Source: the human T2T-CHM13v2.0 reference genome, Homo sapiens
Length of the DNA stretch: 64,000 nucleotides
Assembly (NCBI RefSeq): GCF_009914755.1
Contig: NC_060947.1
Strand: one strand, 5' to 3'
Below the pieces are notes generated by a model. It was not told the origin of the DNA. It saw nothing but the letters and a program-made list of their open reading frames with translations, and searched no databases. Within the stretch, counting starts at the first letter, position 1, and each line of letters opens with the position of its first letter. Shown piece after piece: positions 46,215 to 64,000 of the stretch. A program made the translations under genes and the position numbers.

Positions 46215-47499
46215 CAGCTTAGAGCTAATGTCTAGCAAACACATCAAGGTACCAAGGACTGTGCTGAGCCAGGGACACCAAGATGACTAAAACTGACACG
46301 GTATCTGCCCTCATTGAATTTACTCTCTAGTAGGTGACGCATTGCACTTTACACTATATCTACTTGAATTAATGTCCTAATCAAAAAGAGGAGGCTAAAA
46401 ATATATTTTAGGGGAGGGGGTCATGAGAGATTAGAGTGACCATGCAGGATTTGCTGCCATTGAACTTTACTATGAAGAATTGATTCTAGACAGCAAGTCT
46501 CTGTGTGGAATTTCTCTTTCTTTCACATTTCCTTCCAGTTATTGTCAACTTGGGAAGGAGGTGGGGGCACACCTTCCGAAGGGCTTGTAGCATCATTTGC
46601 AGTGAGTGCTTTTATCATTTAAAAATTATATAACTATCAAATGAAAACATTGTTACCATAAAAAATCTTCTAATAATACCTTATTACCTTCAGACTTTGT
46701 CTCAAACCCATTCTCCAGAAGTACTCACAGTTATAGATTGCTGTGTCTCCGTCTAGATATTTTTCTCTGCACTTATGAAATCAAATGTACATACACTTAA
46801 ATAGTACAGTTTTTATTTTTATAAAAGTGAAATCACTTTTTTTCTATGTATTCTTCAGTGAATGGTTTTTTCATCTAACAATATGTCTTGGATAACTTTC
46901 CATGTTGCTACTTATGGATCTATATTTTTCTTTTAGATTTTTTTTATTATACTTTAAGTTCTAGGGTACATGTGCACAACGTGCAGGTTTGTTACATATT
47001 TATACATGTGCCATGTTGGTGTGCTGCACCCATTAACTCTCATTTACATTAGGTATATCTCCTAATGCTATCCCTCCCCCTTCCCCCTACCCCACAACAG
47101 GCCCCGGTGTGTGATGTTCCCCTTCCTGTGCCCAAGTGTTCTCATTGTTCAATTCCCACCTATGAGTGAGAACATGCAGTGTTTGATTTTTTGTCCTTGT
47201 GATAGTTTGCTGAGAATGATGGTTTTCAGCTTCATCCATGTCCCTACAAAGGACATGAACTCATCCTTTCTTATGGCTGCATACTATTGCATGGTGTATG
47301 TGTGCCACATTTTTGTTACACAGTCTATCATTGTTGGACATTTGGGTTGGTTCCAAGTCTTTGCTATTGTGAGTAGTGCCGCAATAAACATACGTGTGCA
47401 TGTGTCTTTATAGCAGCATGATTTATAATCCTTTGGGTATATACCCAGTAATGGGATTGCAGGGTCAACTGGTATTTCTAGTTCCAGATCCCTGAGGAA

Positions 47500-49835
<2,336 letters not shown>

Positions 49836-50436
49836 CTATATTTCCTGAATTTGAATGTTGGCCTGCCTTGCTAGGTTGGGAAAGTTCTCCTGTATAATAT
49901 CCTGCAGAGTGTTTTCCAACTTGGTTCCATTCTCCCTGTCACTTTCAGGTACACCAATCAGACGTAGATTTGGTCTTTTCACATAGTCCCATATTTCTTG
50001 GAGGCTTTGTTCATTTCTTTTTATTCCTTTTTTTCTAAATTTCTCTTCTCGCTTCATTTCATTCATGTGATCTTCCATCTCTGATACCCTTTCTTCCAGT
50101 TGATCGAATCGGCTACTGAGGCTTGTGCATTCGTCACGTAGTTCTTGTGCCATGGTTTTCACCTCCATCAGGTCCTTTAAGACTTCTCTGCATTGGGTAT
50201 TCTAGTTAGCCATTCGTCTAATCTTTTTCAAGGTTTTTAACTTCTTTGCGATGGGTTCAAACTTCCTCCTTTAGCTCAGAGAAGTTTGATCGTCTGAAGC
50301 CTTCTTCTCTCAACTCGTCAAAATCATTCTCCGTCCAGCTTTGTTGTGTTGCTGGTGAGGAGCTGTATTCCTTTGGAGGAGGAGAGGTGCTCTGATTTTT
50401 AGAATTTTCAGTTTTTCTGCTCTGTTTTTTCCCCAT
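49836..50436 (-). pseudogene. L1 ORF1 N-terminal remnant, disrupted and truncated
   Basis: MGKKQSRK... starts at 50436 with a stop at ~50257. A second piece ...EQSLQEIWDYVKRPNLRLIGVPE...QIQEI ends at the deletion junction. Confidence 0.93.
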
Positions 50437-50439
50437 CTT

Positions 50440-51461
50440 TGTGGTTTTATCTACCTTTGGTCTTTGATGATGGTGATGTACAGATGGGTTTTGGTGTGGA
50501 TGTCCTTTCTGTTTGTTAGTTTTCCTTCTAACAGTCAGGAACCTCAGCTGCAAGTCTGTTGGAGTTTGCTGGAGGTCCACTCCAGACCCTGTCTGCCTGG
50601 GTATCAGCAGCAGAGGCTGCAGAACAGCAAACATTGCTGAGCAGCAAATGTTGCTGCCTGATCGTTCCTCTGGAGGTTTCGTCTCAGAGGGGTACCCAGC
50701 AGTGTGAGGTGTCAGTCTGCCCCTACTGGGGGTTGCCTCCCAGATAGGCTACTCGGGGGTTAGGGACCCACTTGAGGAGGCAGTCTGTCCATTCTCAGAT
50801 CTCCAGCTGCATGCTGGGAGAACCACTACTCTCTTCAAAGCTGTTATACAGGGACATTTAAGTCTGCAGAGGTTTCTGCTGCCTTTTGTTCGGCTATGCC
50901 CTGTCGCCAGCGGTAGAGTCTACAGAGGCAGGCAGGCCTCCTTGAGCTGCAGTGTGCTCCACCCAGTTCGAGCTTCCCGGCCGCTTTGTTCACCTACTCA
51001 AGCCTCAGCAATGGCAGGCGCCCCTCCCCCAGCCTCGCTGCCACCTTGCAGTTGGATCTCAGACTGCTGTGCTAGCAATGAGCGAGGCTCCATGGGTGTG
51101 GGACCCTCCGAGCCAGGCACAGGATATAATCTCCTGGTGTGCCATTTGCAAGACCATTGGAAAAATGCAGTATTAGGGTGGGAGTGACCTGATTTCCCAG
51201 GGGCCATCTGTCACAGCTTTGCTTGGCTATGAAAGGGAATTCCCTGACCCCTTGCGCTTCCCGGGTGAGGCGATGCCTCGCCCTGCTTCACCTCACGCTC
51301 AGTGCGCTGCACCCACTGTCCTGCAACCACTGTCTGACAAGCCGCAGTGAGGTGAACCTGGTACCTCAGTTGGAAATGCAGAAATCACCCATCTTCTGCA
51401 TCACTCACGCTGGGTGCTGTAGACTGGAGCTGTTCCTATTCGGCCATCTTGGAACCACCCC
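50440..51461 (-). promoter_or_regulatory. L1 5'UTR with sense and antisense promoters and a YY1 site
   Basis: GC-rich L1PA 5'UTR. GGCCATCTTG at 51442-51451 is the reverse complement of the YY1 motif CAAGATGGCC. Confidence 0.8.
51011..51187 (+). pseudogene. L1 ORF0, frameshifted C-terminus
   Basis: MAGAPPPASLPPCSWISDCCASNERGSMGVGPSEPG matches primate L1 ORF0 and diverges after LVCH. Confidence 0.85.
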
Positions 51462-51816
51462 TTCTTTCATTTTTTGAGAAACAAACTGTTGCTTTTAAAC
51501 TGCAGTATAGTATTCCATTGTACGGATGTATGAACGTTTTATTTAACCATTTCTATACTTGTGAATATTTAGGTTGTTTCCAATTTGTTTACTCTTATGA
51601 AGAATGTTGCAGTGAGCATCCTAGGCAATTCGCCTTATGCACATGTATGTCAATATTTCCCTAGAGTAACTGTGTAGAAGTTCAATTGTTGAGTCACGGG
51701 GTATGTGCATTTAATTGCTGTATTTCCCTCCAAAGTGGCTGGATCAATTTACATTACCACCATTAGTGTATGGATACCCTTTGTATTTATTTATGTTTAT
51801 ATTTAGTTATTTAAAC

Positions 51817-51960
51817 CAGGGGTCCCCAACCCCTGAACCACAGACCAATACTGGTCAGTGGCCTGTTGGGACCCGGGCCACACAGCAGGGAGTGAGCAGT
51901 GGGCAATCTAATTCCACCACTGATCTGACAGGAGGCAGAGCTCAGGTGGTAATGCTGGCT
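51817..51960 (+). mobile_element. MER1B (hAT-Charlie), 3'-truncated
   Basis: CAGGGGTCCCCAACCCC...GGCCACACAGCAGG...CTGATCTGACAGGAGGCAGAGCTCAGGTGGTAATGC, then an abrupt end. Confidence 0.85.
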
Positions 51961-52354
51961 TGAGCCTGCTGATCAATGTTAGCATCACTAAGAGAAGCAT
52001 AAACCAGACCTTCTGTTCCTCCTCATGGGATCCAACAGGAGGCACACAGAAGTATCCATGAAATAGTCTTGCCAAAAATGTCTGTAAACTCTATCAAACT
52101 TTTAGAGCAATTGTCAAGTGAATAGGAAATATAGGGAACAGAGAAAAATGTTAAATGGAACCCAAGAAAGCAATCAGAAAATCCAGAATATAAGAAGAAG
52201 TGGCTTTTTTTTTTTTAAGAAGCCAATGGGAGGGAATAATTGAGGGGAGACTACTCTAGTTTAAAAGATATTTGAGGGACATTACAAACAAATGTAGTGA
52301 ACCTGCATTGGCTGCTACTTCAATTGAATTAAAAATGTCTCCAAGGCAGCCTGG
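51961..52354 (+). repeat. Inverted duplicate (~390 bp, L1M 3'UTR-derived) of 57073-57461
   Basis: Manual alignment to the reverse complement of 57073-57461 shows about 15 substitutions and 2-3 small indels. Confidence 0.95.
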
Positions 52355-52646
52355 TATGAGACAGAGATCTAACTAAATTTTCTCAAATGAATAGCTAATT
52401 GTCCTTATACTATTTCTTGAAAAGCTCATTTTTCCCCAATGATTTTAAGTGCTACCTTCACCATGCATTAAATTATTATAATTTTAATGCACTAACATGC
52501 ATTTTGACTGTTTTTGACTGTATTCTCTTTCATGGTGAGGGCTTTATCAAACTATCCATTGCCACAGCAATTGAATGGAGTGTTGGCACAAATACTGTTG
52601 ATCCTCTAATACATATGCCATTCTTTCAAAGAAGACTCTTAATGAG

Positions 52647-52929
52647 GGCCAGGCACGGTGGCTCACGCCTGTAATCCCAGCACTTTGGGAGGACGAGGAG
52701 GGCGGATCACAAGGTCAAGAGATCGAGTCAATCCTGGCCCACATGGTGAAACCTTGTCTCTACTAAAAATACAAGAATTAGCTGGGCATAGTGGTGCGCA
52801 CCTATAGTCCCAGCTACTCAGAAGGCTAAGGCAGGAGAATTGCTTGAACCCGGGAGGTGGAGGCCGAGATCATGCCACTGCACTCCAGCCTGGCGACAGA
52901 GCAAGACTCTGTCTGAAAAAAAAAAAAAT
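52647..52929 (+). mobile_element. AluSc
   Basis: GGTCAAGAGATCGAG and CCAGCCTGGCGACAG diagnostics. TSD CTTAATGA. Confidence 0.92.
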
Positions 52930-53684
52930 ACTTAATGACATTCACAAAAGTTTTCTTTTGGTTTTAACTAAGTAGTATATTAGCGTAGACACTTTGTTTT
53001 AAGAATAAGATATCCACATGCAGTGACCTCAGAGTTACTTTATTCCAATAAGAGATTAATCATTATAACAAAATAAAATAAAAATGCCAAAGATTAACTG
53101 TTGGTGCATATAGCCACATTTCTATTTCTCCCATTAAAATGAAAGGATATGCTGGGCAGAATTTTTATGTCAGAAGATCCCGGACTTTGTACTTGATCAA
53201 CTGACCTAAAGGACCCAAGACAGTCCTACTTTTTTCATACCTTGAAAGCAAATCTTACTCCAGACATTAACTTCTATAGAGGTCCTTTTAGAGACAGGCT
53301 TAAAGAAAAAGAAAAAAAAAAAGAAACCCTGCAGAATGTAATATAATACAATGGGGAAGAAAAGAATATTCAGAGCACCATTTTTTATAAGCACAGAAAA
53401 GTTGTTTTACAGACATTTATAAAGATGATGGAAATAGCTTTCTCCAAAATGATTATCCATCTATGGAGTAGAGCAGTTGCATTTTGCACCTCAAATGTTT
53501 GTGACTTCCTATAGAAATACATTGGTTTTACTTTTCTTTAGAAAGCCAATGTATTATGTGGATATCTCACATGGAAGACGGCCAGCATTATCTAGGAAAA
53601 ACAAATGGTTGTGTGTAGCTTTTAGTGGTGCCGTTTTGGTTTTTGATCCACAGCTGATGACTTGGTGTTGTATTTCAAGTACCA

Positions 53685-53880
53685 GAGGATTTAGAATCAC
53701 ACAACCTTTTGGTTTAGTTTCAGTTCAGCCATTTACTTGCTGTATGACTTTGGGTAAGTCAAGTACATCTTTGAGTTTCAGTTTCCTTGATGGATCAAGC
53801 CACTGCTCTACCTATTTCACTGAATTATTATGAAAGTCAAATGAGAAAATGAACAGAAAAAGGCTTTAATTACTGTAAAC
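53685..53880 (+). mobile_element. MIR
   Basis: CCATTTACTTGCTGTATGACTTTGGGTAAGTC...GTTTCAGTTTCC...CCTATTTCAC. Confidence 0.7.
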
Positions 53881-54199
53881 ATGAAATAAAAGGGCATTAT
53901 TAAAGGGCATTGAAGAATATGCTCTGATGGTCTTTGAACATTGTACACCACAGGAAAGGGGCCAGAGAGGACAGAGGAAAAATAGCCCTGGGAGAACAAT
54001 GGGAAGACAGAACAGGAAGAAGTTCTGTGGTAGAAAGCATAATATCCAAATATTTGCCACCATTGTTACAAACCTAACAATAGGGACCCTCCAAGTGGTG
54101 GGATAACAAAATTATAGGGTTGTGGTTAAGAGCCTTAGGAAAATGGAAGTCTGATTCTGGTGCAATGGAAGTTTCAAGGAATTGGGGAGTCTGAGTGGT

Positions 54200-54330
54200 A
54201 ATTAACACCTATTGAGTTTCTACCACAGGACAAGCACTGGGACACATGCTTTACATACATTATCTCATCTATCCTATCAAGAAACTTGCAAATCTGGATC
54301 TTAACCCCATTTTACAGATGGAGAAATTGA
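54200..54330 (-). mobile_element. MIR
   Basis: TATTGAG...CTTTACATACATTATCTCAT...CCCCATTTTACAGATGGAGAAA. Confidence 0.75.
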
Positions 54331-54421
54331 TTTGTGAATGTTTTGTGTCCCCTGTTGGCCAGCAAAATGAACCGACCTATCTCTGCCCCACCAACTCCTT
54401 TCTTGCACCTGAGGAGTCTGA

Positions 54422-54887
<466 letters not shown>

Positions 54888-55182
54888 CCTATATCTTTTT
54901 TATTTTTTTGTCCTTAACTTCTTTGAGACTTTGTTTACTCATCTATAATAAGACAACTCATAGGCGAGATGTGAGGTTTAAATTTGATTGCATTGTGAAA
55001 GCACATTGCAGTCTCTAAATCTCTAATCTCTAAATCTAAATGTAAGTTATATTTTATCTTTCTCTAGAGAATATTAATTACTGGATAAAAGTATTCAGTG
55101 AAGCATGACAGGGCTTTGTCCTTTACCATATTGAATCCAAATATGTATCAATAATTGGAAAAATATCATAAAATACGCTTAG

Positions 55183-55541
<359 letters not shown>

Positions 55542-55909
55542 TAAAGCATGGCTTTTAAACTGTACCATGACATTAGAGAAATTTTGACTGACTGGATCAG
55601 TCAAAACTGGTTAAAATTAGCAAGATTATATTTAACCAAAAATAAGTGTAAATTTTTTCATTTAAATTCAGAGAATTGCAAAAATTCAGACTGAGGGCAG
55701 ACTGACTCTATTGGTTTTAATGGGAAATGCTGTTTTAGTTGTGTTAATACTGTAACACAGCTGCTATAAAACCTAAGGCATATGTAGTCCACATTAATAG
55801 AGGTCTACTGTCCAGGTCAGGGGTGGTGATGGCCCTGCTAACTCTTCAGTGACAAGTTGAACTGGCATGTAATTTTCAGTTATAAGCATCACATTTTTTA
55901 GAACATTCT

Positions 55910-56435
<526 letters not shown>

Positions 56436-56439
56436 AACT

Positions 56440-57475
<1,036 letters not shown>

Positions 57476-57603
57476 GCATTACCCTTTTCAGAGGGTCATA
57501 GACAAATTGGAATATGATCAAATGTTGTAGACTTGATGGTAAGAGGATGAAAACCCTGTGGTGTCAGGAGTATAAAGGAATTAGGAAGAGAAGACTTGGT
57601 GAT

Positions 57604-58233
57604 TGTATTCGATTTCTATTGCTGCCGTAACGAATTACTCAAACTTAGTGGCTTAAAACAACACTCATTTATTACATCACAGTTCTGTAGGTCAAAAGTT
57701 TGGGTGGGCTTGGCTAGGTTCTCAGATTAGGGTCTTACAAGTCCAAAATCAAGGTTTTGGTGGGGCTGTGTTCCTTATTGGAGGTTCTGGGGCAGAATTG
57801 ACTTCTAAGTTCATTCAGGTTATTGGTAGAATTCAGTTCCTTGGGGTTGTAGGACTGAAGACCCAGTTTCCTTGCTGTCTGTCAACTGAGTGTTAGTTTT
57901 TAGAATTAAATGTTGCCCTCATTCCTTCTCATGCTTTCCAACTGGCCTTCCTTAAGCATCAACTGGTTGAGTGCCACTCAAACTGTGAGTCTTTCTGACT
58001 TCTCTTGTTGCTGCATCTGCCTTGCCTCCAGATGGAGAAAGTTCTCTATTTTTCAAGGACACATGTGATTAGATTCACCCACCTGGCCAATCAAGGCCAA
58101 TCTCTCTAATTTTAAAGTCCCTAACCTTACTATAGTACATCTGCAAAACATCTTTTGCTGTGTAATATAACATATTCACATGTCTTAGAAATTAGGGTAT
58201 GGACATCTTTAGTGGACCATTCTGCTTACCTCA
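57604..58233 (-). mobile_element. MLT1 (MLT1E-like) MaLR solo LTR
   Basis: TGTATT...CTATTGCTGCCGTAAC...AAACTTAGTGGCTTAAAACAAC...ATTAGGGTATGGACATCTTT...CATTCTGCTTACCTCA. Confidence 0.85.
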
Positions 58234-58454
58234 GTGGAGTTGGGGGTGGTGAAATTTGCTAACCGACTTTAAACTTTTGCTTCATAGTTATAGGGAGGTA
58301 GGCTTGGGTGCAATATGAGGCAGGACTCTGAAGATTTAAGCTGTGGCAGAACAGAATGATCTGAACAGTGACAGCATGTAAGCAAAGGCTGGCCAGCCCC
58401 TGTAGGAGCTATGTGGGAGGCAAATCTCTTGCATGTTTCATAAGTAGAGAGTAT

Positions 58455-58690
58455 AAAAACTGAGGTTAAGAGCACAAACTCTGGAGTCAGACAGCCTAAG
58501 GTTTCAACCAGGGTGTAGTTAACCTCTCTGTGCCTCAGTTTTCTGATTTGTAATGTGCGGATTACAATCCTGCCTTTGAGGGTTATTTTGAGGTTTGAAT
58601 GAATTGCTACTGAGTTAAATGAGTTAATAAAACATGCAAAATGTTAAGAAAAACAGTCACTGGCATAGAATGAGCACTTAATGTCAGGTG
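58455..58690 (+). mobile_element. MIR
   Basis: GGTTAAGAGCACAAACTCTGGAGTCAGAC...TTAACCTCTCTGTGCCTCAGTTT. Confidence 0.85.
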
Positions 58691-58752
58691 TTATTTTCTG
58701 AAAGGAATGAAAATTTGTGAGTCACTTGAAAGTTCAAATTCTTGTAGACATG

Positions 58753-59050
<298 letters not shown>

Positions 59051-59124
59051 ATTCTTGTAGATATGAACAGCGGTGTTTCTCCATACCTGTTTTTGCAAGG
59101 CCATTTTATATGTTTGCCAAATAT

Positions 59125-59458
<334 letters not shown>

Positions 59459-59761
59459 TAACACACAGGTTAATACACTCTTGGCTCCCCAAAATGATTA
59501 TAAGTCATCATAAAGTAAAAATTAGATGAGTTTATTTTATATTTCACAAGAAACAGAAAAGAATCCAAAGTCCTTTACATAATATAAAAAGTCCAGTTTA
59601 CCAGCCTAAGCTCATCCTGTACTGCAGCTTTTGTTCAGGCTATATTATCTCTGGGCCTTTGTTCATTCTATGTTCTCGTCGCCTGGAATGTATTTCTCTT
59701 CTCTTCTTTAACTGTTCTCTCTCAATACATTCTCCAGTACTTGGTTTAAATGATTCCTTCT

Positions 59762-60056
59762 GGCCAGGTGCGGTGGCTCATGCCTGTAATCCCAGCACTT
59801 TGGGAGGCCAAGACAGGCGGATCACGAGGTTAAGAGATCAAGACCATCCTGACCAACATGGTGAAACCCCCATCTCTACTAAAAATACAAAAATTAGCTG
59901 GTCATGGTGGCGCGCACCTGTAGTCGCAGCTACTCGGGAGCCTGAGGCAGGAGAATTGCTTGAATCCGGGAGGCAGAGGTTGTACTGAGCCGAGAGCGCC
60001 ACTGCACTCCAGCCTGCCAATAGAGCGAGACTCCGTCAAAAAAAAAAAAAAAAAAA
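59762..60056 (+). mobile_element. AluSc
   Basis: GGATCACGAGGTTAAGAGATCAAGACCATCC, poly-A tail. Confidence 0.92.
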
Positions 60057-60327
<271 letters not shown>

Positions 60328-60449
60328 CTATACTCATAAATTAGTGTATCACTAGAAGCCAATTTATTTAATATTTTCTAGAGGCTAACTTTACTGGGAA
60401 ATTTAGATAGATAGGTAGATATAATGAAAGATAGATTAACCAGCCTTCA

Positions 60450-61345
60450 AAAGTTGTACGTTGTTAACTCTGTACAAAAATATGAAATTTCTGTATGATA
60501 AATATCATGAATAATGTTTTTAAAAATTCAACAAATGAGGCAAATATTTACAACACATACAACAGAGGAATAATTGTAAATTTACAAGGAGTTCCTAGAA
60601 ATCAATATGAAAAGGTAATACAACCCAATAGGAGATACTAGGTAGAGCATATGAAGAGATAGTTCATAGAAAAAATCAAATATAAATTGACAATAAAGGT
60701 AGAAAAGACGTTCAATCTTTTTAATAATTAAGGACATTCAAATTAAAACAATATTGAGGTAGTATTATTTTTCCTCCCCAGACTGTCAAATACTAAGAAG
60801 TGGATTAATAGCTAGTATTAACCATGATATAGAAAAATAGCATTTCTCATGCATTGATGGTAAGAGAGTAAGCTAGGCAGCCTTTTTATAGGATAATCTG
60901 GCAGGATTTATAAAAACTAAAATGACTGACACTCTGACTCAGAAATTTCACTTCTCTTATTTTTTCTTAAAGACAATTGCATATATTCATTTATAACAGA
61001 ATAAAAACAGACAAATTAACAAACTGGAAATAACCCAAGTGTTCATCAAAAGGGGTCTGTTTAAACAAATTATGGTGCATCCATGCAATGGAATACCTTT
61101 GCAGCTATTAAAATGAATAATATTTATGTGTTTAATAGATATCAAGCATACAATTTAAGAGTAAAGTGTAATTTATTTATATAAAGGGCATATATATCTC
61201 TATATACCTGTATTTTTCTAGTATATTTCTTGAAGAAAGTCTTAAAAATAAGTTTTATAAGAAACTCTTGAAAATGGTTACTTCTGAGAAATGGGACAAC
61301 TTTTGAGAAAGGGTGGAGAGAGGAGGTGGGAAAGCTGTAGTATTT
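60450..61345 (+). mobile_element. L1ME-type 3' region
   Basis: A-rich ORF2 tail motifs CAACCCAATAGG..., AAACTGGAAATAACCCAAGTG...AAATTATGGTGCATCCATGCAATGGAATAC. Confidence 0.75.
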
Positions 61346-61360
61346 AATGTCTCTCTCTGA

Positions 61361-61689
<329 letters not shown>

Positions 61690-63534
61690 TAAAAAGAAAC
61701 AATTAGGAAGTAGAAGACAAGCTCCTCAAACAGTACTTAATGTGTGGTAAGCTCTCAGTAGATGTTAGCTATTGTCATTGTTATTAATCCTTAATGTTGA
61801 TCACTCTTCCACTAACTTGATGCATGACCTTAACTATGTCACTTCCCTTCTCAGGACCTCATTTTCTCCAGCTTCATAATAAATGGACCCACACTAGATA
61901 TTGTGATGTTCTGTGACTCTTCTGTATGGTTTTCTCCATCCCCACTCTGCCCCACCCTCCTTGGCTGGAAAAGTAGAGGGTATGCTATAGATTACTTAGA
62001 AGATTTCTGGCTGCTTCTCAAGGAATCTATCCTGATTTTCAAGCGGCTCTAACACTGTGCTATGTAATGAAAGGCCCACGGTGTCTGGGTGTTATATTGG
62101 GGTCTGTTCTTGAAGATAAAAACAAAGACGTTTTTCACTTGAAGTGATGTGGAAAGACTTGTAAGGTTGTGTAATTAAAAAGCTGCTTGGCTTTGGGGGA
62201 CATGGTGAACTTACTTTCACCTACTGTGAGGAGAAGTGAGGGCAAAGGAGAAGAAATCTCCAAGTCCAAAAAGTGCGATACAATTCTCAGCGTTCTTTTG
62301 GTTGTAGGATAATGCCTGGTGTGATTCAGCGCTGCCTACCAGCTTACCTCTTTTCTTTCTAAAAGTCGTAAACTCAGAGAATCTATTGAGGGGCTTTCCC
62401 TCACTTTGAGAATGCATCTGTGGGTTAAGAATGAATGTTATGGAATTCCATGTTATAAGAGACCTCAGAGGCCATAAGGAGCAGTGATTTTCATGATGAA
62501 ACTCTACAACGCAGAGATATTTATGTGAGAAGATAGCATAAATATTACCCACTTATTAAATTAAATGAAGAAATTCTGTTAAGCACTAGGAAGCTGGAGT
62601 TCATTTCATTCCTTAGGGACACTCCCTTGATTCTATGGAGAAGGAGGGTCTATCTCTTCGCAGTCCTTCTTGGCCCTTCCCTTATATAAAGGGCAGTAGT
62701 ACAAGAATATTTCTCAATGTATTTTAAAATTATTTTGTTTACTTCTGTGATTTCAGAGAGTTGTTTTTGGAGTATGTGTACATGAAGGGATCAAAGTGGC
62801 CATGAAAACAGTCAAAAGCAAATGCAGGTTTCCTTTCTTTCTCTGGTTCTGCAGTCATCTGACTATGACTGTGAGTTGATGTCTCTATCAAATTTGAGAA
62901 ATCTCTGCAATATCTGCCATGTAAATTAGACACAAATACCCGTGACCTCACATGAACTAATGAGTGGCTCCCCCTGCAACAGAGCTCACCATGGGGACTT
63001 GTAGCAATTCATTATGTATTTCAATGGGGGAAATAAATTAAGGCAACGAAACAAAACTGCTATTAAAGCAAGGAAATTTTTATTAAAATTCAGACCATCT
63101 GAGAGGAAAAATTATATCTTTCTGTTCTTTTCATTCTGTTTTCTTGTCTTACATGCTTCCTTCCCCGTTGGCATAAAGCAGGTAAAAAATGTTTGTAGGG
63201 TGAAAAAAATCATCAAGATCTTGACATTTATGATGAGAAGAACAAACCCTTCAATCAGTGGTACTAATGCCTTAAGCACCCACGCACTCTATCATTAAAC
63301 GGAGATGATTTTTTTTTTTAAAGCAGGGAGTCAGGATGCTGGCCATACATTATTTAAGCAATAAAGAAGACAAAGGGTCCTCATTCCATCATCTTTTCTA
63401 TCATCTGCCCTCTCTCCCAGGTTACTCTAAGCATGGGAAGCTGCTCTTCCAAAATTGTGAGCTCTCTCTGAGCTTTATCTGAAAAATATTTTCATATAAA
63501 ACAAGAATGAATATTGTACTACTACTAATCAATA

Positions 63535-63740
63535 GGAATAACTTGCATTTGCTGTATAGGTGGCATGTTAGAAGTTTTCTATGGTATCTCATTTATTCCT
63601 TATATCAATCTTGGGAGATTAGCTTATTTATTTCCATTTTACAGTTAGAGAAACTGATATTCAAAAAAGTAAATTACCTTAACTGAGATCACTTATCTAT
63701 GCTAAATCTAGATGTGACCTTCTTAACCACTATACAGGCT
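63535..63740 (-). mobile_element. MIR
   Basis: ATCTCATTTATTCCT...TTTCCATTTTACAGTTAGAGAAACTGA...CTTAACCACTATAC. Confidence 0.75.
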
Positions 63741-64000
63741 GCTGCTCCAAAATCTCCCCTGCCTAGGCATGTGCCTGTACATGTGTGCGTGTGTATGTAT
63801 GTGCAAGATTTAAGGAAATGGCTTCATTGAGCTTAGCACCAATATCCATGAGACAGAAATTAAAGGGGCATCAGTATATAGCACGCAAAATGAATATCGA
63901 ATGCCCTAAATCTCCCTAGAAGAAATGAGAGCTGGCTGTCTTGCCTGCTGGCCACCTGTTGAAAATACCCTCCTGAGATGGGCCCTTTCCTTAAATAATC

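Overview
Primate (human-like) non-coding genomic DNA, intergenic or deep-intronic. I can support no host protein-coding exon, tRNA, rRNA or CRISPR array. The supplied ORFs are Alu, L1, microsatellite or chance readings. The window contains about 34 Alu copies and a 4.5-kb L1PA (about L1PA4-6, minus strand) with an intact 5'UTR but an internal deletion of about 1.6 kb. It also has several older L1M fragments, L2, MIR, two CR1/L3 relics, solo LTRs (MER93, MLT2B, MLT1A, MSTB, MER31, MLT1E-like) and DNA-transposon MITEs (MER2, MER30, MER1B, MER5A, MER63, MER117-like). Repeat-poor unique stretches lie at about 27.9-34.9 kb, 40.6-44.4 kb and 62-63.5 kb. I find no evidence for a new multi-gene biological system. 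The most interesting items are a TSD-flanked retrocopy of the snaR-ancestral ASR/CAS small RNA (25291-25387), a 390-bp ~96%-identical inverted duplication (51961-52354 vs 57073-57461), an older duplication with an internal inversion (39.6 kb vs 40.4 kb), a 26-bp insertion templated from 1.9 kb away (11295), a well-preserved CR1 reverse-transcriptase relic in the repeat-poor region, and an unexplained retroelement-like stretch at 7.6-10.2 kb. Subfamily names come from recalled consensus sequences. Repeat boundaries are approximate (about +/-10-30 bp).
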